Positions 7,160 to 10,664 of a stretch of DNA of 10,664 nucleotides are shown in pieces. The stretch's first letter is position 1; each line of letters opens with the position of its first letter. Made by a program: the position numbers and the translations under genes. The notes beneath the pieces are model-generated. The model was not told the origin of the DNA. It made no database searches and saw only the letters and a program-made list of their open reading frames with translations. The stretch covers positions 1-10,664 of IMG/VR virus record IMGVR_UViG_2675903575_000010; one strand, given 5' to 3'. The stretch is from a virus. Its lineage: Duplodnaviria; Heunggongvirae; Uroviricota; Caudoviricetes.

Positions 7160-7261
7160 GTGTCTGAATCTGACTAATCTGTTTTCATGATAGAAATATA
7201 TTTATCTACCACTTTTATCGATCAATAATGCGCGCAGTTTAGTCAGTAAGAGGAAGTTACT

Positions 7262-7471
7262 GTGAATTGTATTAATGACCTGAACACAGGCGAGGTAAGA
7301 GGTGGTTCCGTTCATCTGGATGCGCAGACCGTTATGCGCCTTAAGCAGTACAGGATCGACCACATAAATCATCATCCTGGCCAACCATTACCAGGTGTGG
7401 CGCAGATTGTCAGACACGCAGTTAACGCGTGGCTTGATAAGAATGGTTTTGCATCTGGGGGTGAGCAATGA
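7262..7471 (+). CDS. Hypothetical small protein (69 aa), GTG start, translationally coupled to the capsid gene
   Basis: SD AAGAGGA about 7 nt upstream of the GTG. Stop overlaps the downstream ATG (ATGA). No family recognised. Confidence 0.5.
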   Translation: MNCINDLNTGEVRGGSVHLDAQTVMRLKQYRIDHINHHPGQPLPGVAQIVRHAVNAWLDKNGFASGGEQ

Positions 7472-9381
7472 ATCACTGGTACACCATTAAGGCGGCGGGT
7501 GTTCGCGGAGCGGCAGAAATATCCATCTATGAAGAAATTGGCGGCTTCGGTATCACCGCGAAGCAGTTTGCGGAAGACCTGAAAGCCCTGGGCGATGTCT
7601 CACATATCGACCTGCGGATCCATTCGCCAGGTGGTGACGTGTTTGAAGGCATCGCCATCTATAACCTGTTACGGAATCATCCGGCAGAAATTACGGTTTA
7701 TATCGATGGTGTTGCGGCTTCAATGGCTTCGGTTGTCGCAATGGCTGGCGATCGTGTTGTGATGCCGGAAAACGCCATGATGATGATACATAAGCCGTGG
7801 GGTATCTCTGGCGGAAATGCTGGTGATATGCGTGATTATGCTGATTTGCTGGATAAGGTGGAAACCGTGTTAATCCCTGCTTATGCCAGAAAAACGGGCA
7901 AATCAGCACAGGAAATTACCGCCATGCTGGAAGATGAAACCTGGATGGACGGGAAAGAATGCCTTAAGCAAGGTTTTGCTGATGAATTGTTGCCATCCGT
8001 CAGAGCAATGGCGCGAATTGAATCGAAACGCACAGGAGATTTTTCACACATGCCGGAAACCATTAAAGGAATGATTACCCCGCCACAGGGAGCAGCCAAT
8101 ATTGCTGGTAATGAACAGAAGCGCATCAACGGAATAAGTGAAGTGTTTAGCCTGTTCGACAGTCGTTACGACGGGATCAAAATGGCGTGCCTGGAAGATG
8201 CATCATGTACACCGGAGATGGCCCGTGAAAAGTTGTTGAACGAGATGGGGCGCGAGTCCACGCCATCAAATAAAAATACCCCGGCTCATATTTATGCCGG
8301 TAACGGGAACATAACAGGTGATGCAATTCGTCAGGGGCTTTATTCTCGTCTCGGGTATGAACGCCCAGAGCGGGGAAATCCTTACGCGATGATGAGCCTT
8401 TTTGAAATGGCCCAGGCATCACTAACGGATCGTGGTATCAGTGTTGGCGGTTTTTTAAATCGCTCGCAGGTCGTTAATGCAGCTTTCACACACAGCAGCA
8501 GCGATTTTTCTCATATTCTGGCTGGTGGTGCTGAAAAATCAGTACTGAAAGGCTGGCAGGACAGCGGCGAAACGTTTCAGAAATGGACGCGTACCGGATC
8601 GCTTTCAAACTTTCATGAAGCAAAGCGCGTTGGTCTGAATGGTTTTTCAAAGCTGGATAAAGTACCGGAAGGTGCGGAATATAAATACATCACCACCAGA
8701 GATAAAGGTGTACCTATTGCGCTGGCCACGTACGGGAATATTTTTTCCGTTACCCGTCAGGCCATTATCAACGATGACCTGACCCAGTTAACTACAATCC
8801 CCATGGCGATGGGGCGTGCGGCCGCCAGAACAGTAGGTAATCTGGTTTATCTTCTGTTAACCAGCAACGGCAAATTTACGGATGGTAAAGCGTTATTCCA
8901 TGCCGATCATAAAAATCTTATTGCGAAGGATATGGACATGGAGGGGCTTAACGAAGCCCGTAAGCTGATGCGACTACAGGAGGATGCCAACGGCGACTCC
9001 CTGAATATTACCCCCGCTTTTGTTCTGGTCCCTGCTGCGCTGGAGTCTGCCGCACATCGCGCCATTCTGTCATCGTCATCACTCTTTCCGGTTGATGGTG
9101 AGGGCACTATCAATCAGAACCCCGGCATCATTAACGTGGTGAAAGATATGGCTGAGGTTATTGTTGAGCCACGTCTTGATAAGAACAATAACAAGGAGTG
9201 GTATGTAGCCGCAGCGAAAGGGATGGACACGATAGAGGTCGCTTATCTTGATGGTATTGATACGCCATATCTTGAGGAGCAGGAGGGCTTTACTGTTGAT
9301 GGTGTCGCCTGGAAGGTGCGCATAGATGCAGGTGTTGCGGCCCTCGATTATCGTGGACTACTGAAATCGAGTGGAGCATGA
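7468..9381 (+). CDS. Fusion protein: N-terminal ClpP-like (S14) prohead protease domain + C-terminal putative major capsid protein
   Basis: 637 aa. N-terminal roughly 170 aa carry ClpP-type motifs: IHSPGG (compare ClpP INSPGG), GVAASMASV (catalytic Ser region), MIHKPWGISGG (compare MIHQPLGG), and GFADEL at the domain end. The remaining roughly 450 aa are assigned as capsid from size and position in a packaging module next to cos and terS; the fold itself was not verified. Confidence 0.75.
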   Translation: MNHWYTIKAAGVRGAAEISIYEEIGGFGITAKQFAEDLKALGDVSHIDLRIHSPGGDVFEGIAIYNLLRNHPAEITVYIDGVAASMASVVAMAGDRVVMPENAMMMIHKPWGISGGNAGDMRDYADLLDKVETVLIPAYARKTGKSAQEITAMLEDETWMDGKECLKQGFADELLPSVRAMARIESKRTGDFSHMPETIKGMITPPQGAANIAGNEQKRINGISEVFSLFDSRYDGIKMACLEDASCTPEMAREKLLNEMGRESTPSNKNTPAHIYAGNGNITGDAIRQGLYSRLGYERPERGNPYAMMSLFEMAQASLTDRGISVGGFLNRSQVVNAAFTHSSSDFSHILAGGAEKSVLKGWQDSGETFQKWTRTGSLSNFHEAKRVGLNGFSKLDKVPEGAEYKYITTRDKGVPIALATYGNIFSVTRQAIINDDLTQLTTIPMAMGRAAARTVGNLVYLLLTSNGKFTDGKALFHADHKNLIAKDMDMEGLNEARKLMRLQEDANGDSLNITPAFVLVPAALESAAHRAILSSSSLFPVDGEGTINQNPGIINVVKDMAEVIVEPRLDKNNNKEWYVAAAKGMDTIEVAYLDGIDTPYLEEQEGFTVDGVAWKVRIDAGVAALDYRGLLKSSGA

Positions 9382-9388
9382 CAACAAG

Positions 9389-9411
9389 GGCGGCGATAGC
9401 CGCCTTTTTTT
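9389..9411 (+). terminator. Rho-independent terminator after the capsid gene
   Basis: Perfect stem GGCGGC / GCCGCC, loop GATA, followed by 7 T. Confidence 0.6.
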
Positions 9412-9477
9412 ACGGGTCCTCCCGGTGGAGTGGCCTTACCACGGGGCGGCAGACGCGCGGGTTTTCGCTATTTATGA
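9407..9477 (+). other. cos site, copy B (lambda-type cosQ-cosN-cosB-proximal; candidate cohesive-end 12-mer GGGCGGCAGACG at 9444-9455)
   Basis: TTTACGGGTCCT (9409-9420) and CGCGGGTTTTCGCTATTTATGA (9456-9477) are identical to the sequences flanking lambda cosN as recalled (…TTTACGGGTCCTTTCCGGTGATCCGACAGGTTACG GGGCGGCGACCT CGCGGGTTTTCGCTATTTATGAAAA…), with the same 23-bp and 12-bp spacings. It lies directly upstream of a Nu1-like terS, as in lambda. Confidence 0.7.
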
Positions 9478-9588
9478 GCCTTTTTCGGGTGCTGGTGGTG
9501 GTTTTGTTGTTCGCTCTATCTCTATGAATAAAAAGGGAAAGATAAAACAAATACACCAACCTGAAACATTACTTAAGTGGGGATATTG

Positions 9589-10131
9589 ATGAAATCGCAC
9601 CTGATGAACAAAAAAAACATGGCGCAAAGCTGCCGTGTAAGTGCGACAGCGTTCGACAAGTGGGGAGTGACTCCCGTTGAACGTAAAGGCCGCGAGGCGT
9701 TTTATGATGTTGCCAGCGTAATAGACAATCGGGTTAGCAATGCAATTAACCAGATTACAGACGACAAAGGCGAGATTGATAATGATGAGCTTTTGCGAGT
9801 CAGGATCAGATTGCTGACAGCGCAGGCGGAGGCGCAGGAGCTTAAAAACGAGCGCGAACGCGGCGACGTGATTAGTACGGAATTTTGTATATATGCGCTT
9901 TCAAAACTGGCGAGTCAGATTTCATCTATCATGGACAGCCTGCCGCTTACCATGCAAAGGCGCTTCCCACAGATGACCCCCGCCATGCTGGATGGCCTGA
10001 AAAAAGAAGTTGTCAGAGCCTGTAACGCATGCACAAAACTTGATGAAAACATCCCGCGAATGCTGTCCGATTATCTGATGGAAACTACCGGAAATGTGTC
10101 TGATAAGTTTCAGCCGGATAAAGACAAGTAA
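9589..10131 (+). CDS. Small terminase subunit, lambda Nu1-like (TerS; Rpp-like in a satellite context)
   Basis: MNKKNMAQS…REAFYDVASVIDN and LLTAQAEAQELKNERERGDVISTEFCIYALSKLASQISSIMDSLPLTMQRRFPQ parallel lambda Nu1 (MEVNKKQLADIFGAS…; LTRAQADAQELKNARDSAEVVETAFCTFVLSRIAGEIASILDGLPLSVQRRFPE). Start could be ATG 9589 or ATG 9604; the track's 9577 is a GTG. Confidence 0.85.
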   Translation: MKSHLMNKKNMAQSCRVSATAFDKWGVTPVERKGREAFYDVASVIDNRVSNAINQITDDKGEIDNDELLRVRIRLLTAQAEAQELKNERERGDVISTEFCIYALSKLASQISSIMDSLPLTMQRRFPQMTPAMLDGLKKEVVRACNACTKLDENIPRMLSDYLMETTGNVSDKFQPDKDK

Positions 10132-10367
10132 CGTAGTGCACAATGACCGAAGCCAGTTTACTGACTGGCTTTCAGCGTTGCGCTGGTGGGAGTTATGCGT
10201 CAGTGATGAACAAAAAATAATCGAAATCGACACCGAAAAATAAAACATCAAGTCATATCAATATATTGCATTGGTGGTGATGACGAATAAAAATGCAAAA
10301 ACTAGCCTTTTTCCGCGATGCTCCCGCCCCGTGGCAGGGCACCCCACCAGGAGGACCCGCCATCACT

Positions 10368-10664
10368 ATGGAGGCCATGACCATGACCGAGACCGAAGCG
10401 CTCGGGATAATCCGCAGTATTACCGGAATCAGCCAGCAGGCTGACGAACAGGCCACGCAGCCGGATACAGTCACCGCTGAAAATTACGCGCGTGTGATGG
10501 CTGAGGTGATGCGCCGTGACGGTATCGAGCTTAATGGCGTGGATATACGCAACATACGCACCAGAGTTCTGGAGATGTTGTCGTACCGTCGCCGCGTGCA
10601 GATGTACCAGGAGAAAGAAAAAATTACGTACCAGTGGAAGAAGCCGGAGCGGTTACGGCGATAA
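10368..10664 (+). CDS. Hypothetical protein downstream of terS (start ambiguous: 10293, 10368 or 10383)
   Basis: Complete ORF ending TAA at 10662-10664. GGAGG at 10370-10374 gives good spacing for ATG 10383; AGGAGGA at 10349-10355 precedes ATG 10368. Too small to be a large terminase. No family recognised. Confidence 0.45.
   Translation: MEAMTMTETEALGIIRSITGISQQADEQATQPDTVTAENYARVMAEVMRRDGIELNGVDIRNIRTRVLEMLSYRRRVQMYQEKEKITYQWKKPERLRR

Larger units (their letters stand above)
1..10664 (+). mobile_element. Integrated phage satellite (PICI / P4-like), partial; integrase end present, far end beyond window
   Basis: Co-linear + strand modules typical of Gram-negative phage-inducible chromosomal islands: int, alpA, primase-helicase, iteron ori, then cos and terS. 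Attachment sites are not visible in the window. Confidence 0.7.

Noticed and set aside
9371-9589. 72-aa + ORF spanning the capsid stop, the terminator and cos B
   Set aside because: It runs through a terminator hairpin and the conserved cos sequence; the region is better explained as a non-coding cis-acting site.
10149-10173. 8-bp stem hairpin (AAGCCAGT / ACTGGCTT) after terS as a terminator
   Set aside because: No proper U-tract follows (only TTTC), so it may be a weak attenuator or simply an RNA structure; not called as a terminator.
9922-10251. 109-aa minus-strand ORF inside terS
   Set aside because: Antisense to a gene with strong Nu1 similarity; no SD.

Overview
The window reads as one end of an integrated phage satellite of the PICI / P4-like type, with enterobacterial-looking sequence. 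Gene order on the + strand: P4-family tyrosine integrase (1-1242), AlpA-family regulator (1772-1978), a divergent Arc-like RHH repressor (2516-2695, minus strand) facing a promoter with tandem GTGGGCCACACCT repeats, an operon of four small unknown ORFs coupled to a primase/helicase (2895-5885), an iteron origin (5898-6126), a small ORF plus SSB (6172-6836), cos-like copy A (6871-6960), a small ORF plus a fused ClpP-like prohead protease/putative major capsid protein (7262-9381), cos-like copy B (9407-9477), a lambda Nu1-like small terminase (9589-10131) and a final small ORF. The most interesting signal is that two lambda-type cos sites in direct orientation bracket the capsid cassette, each directly after a rho-independent terminator. 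The element therefore carries both its own capsid/protease gene and a Nu1-like TerS, which fits a capsid-forming or packaging-redirecting satellite. All homology statements are from reading the translations and from remembered reference sequences (lambda cos, Nu1, ClpP, SSB, Arc); no database search was run. No tRNA, rRNA or CRISPR array was seen.
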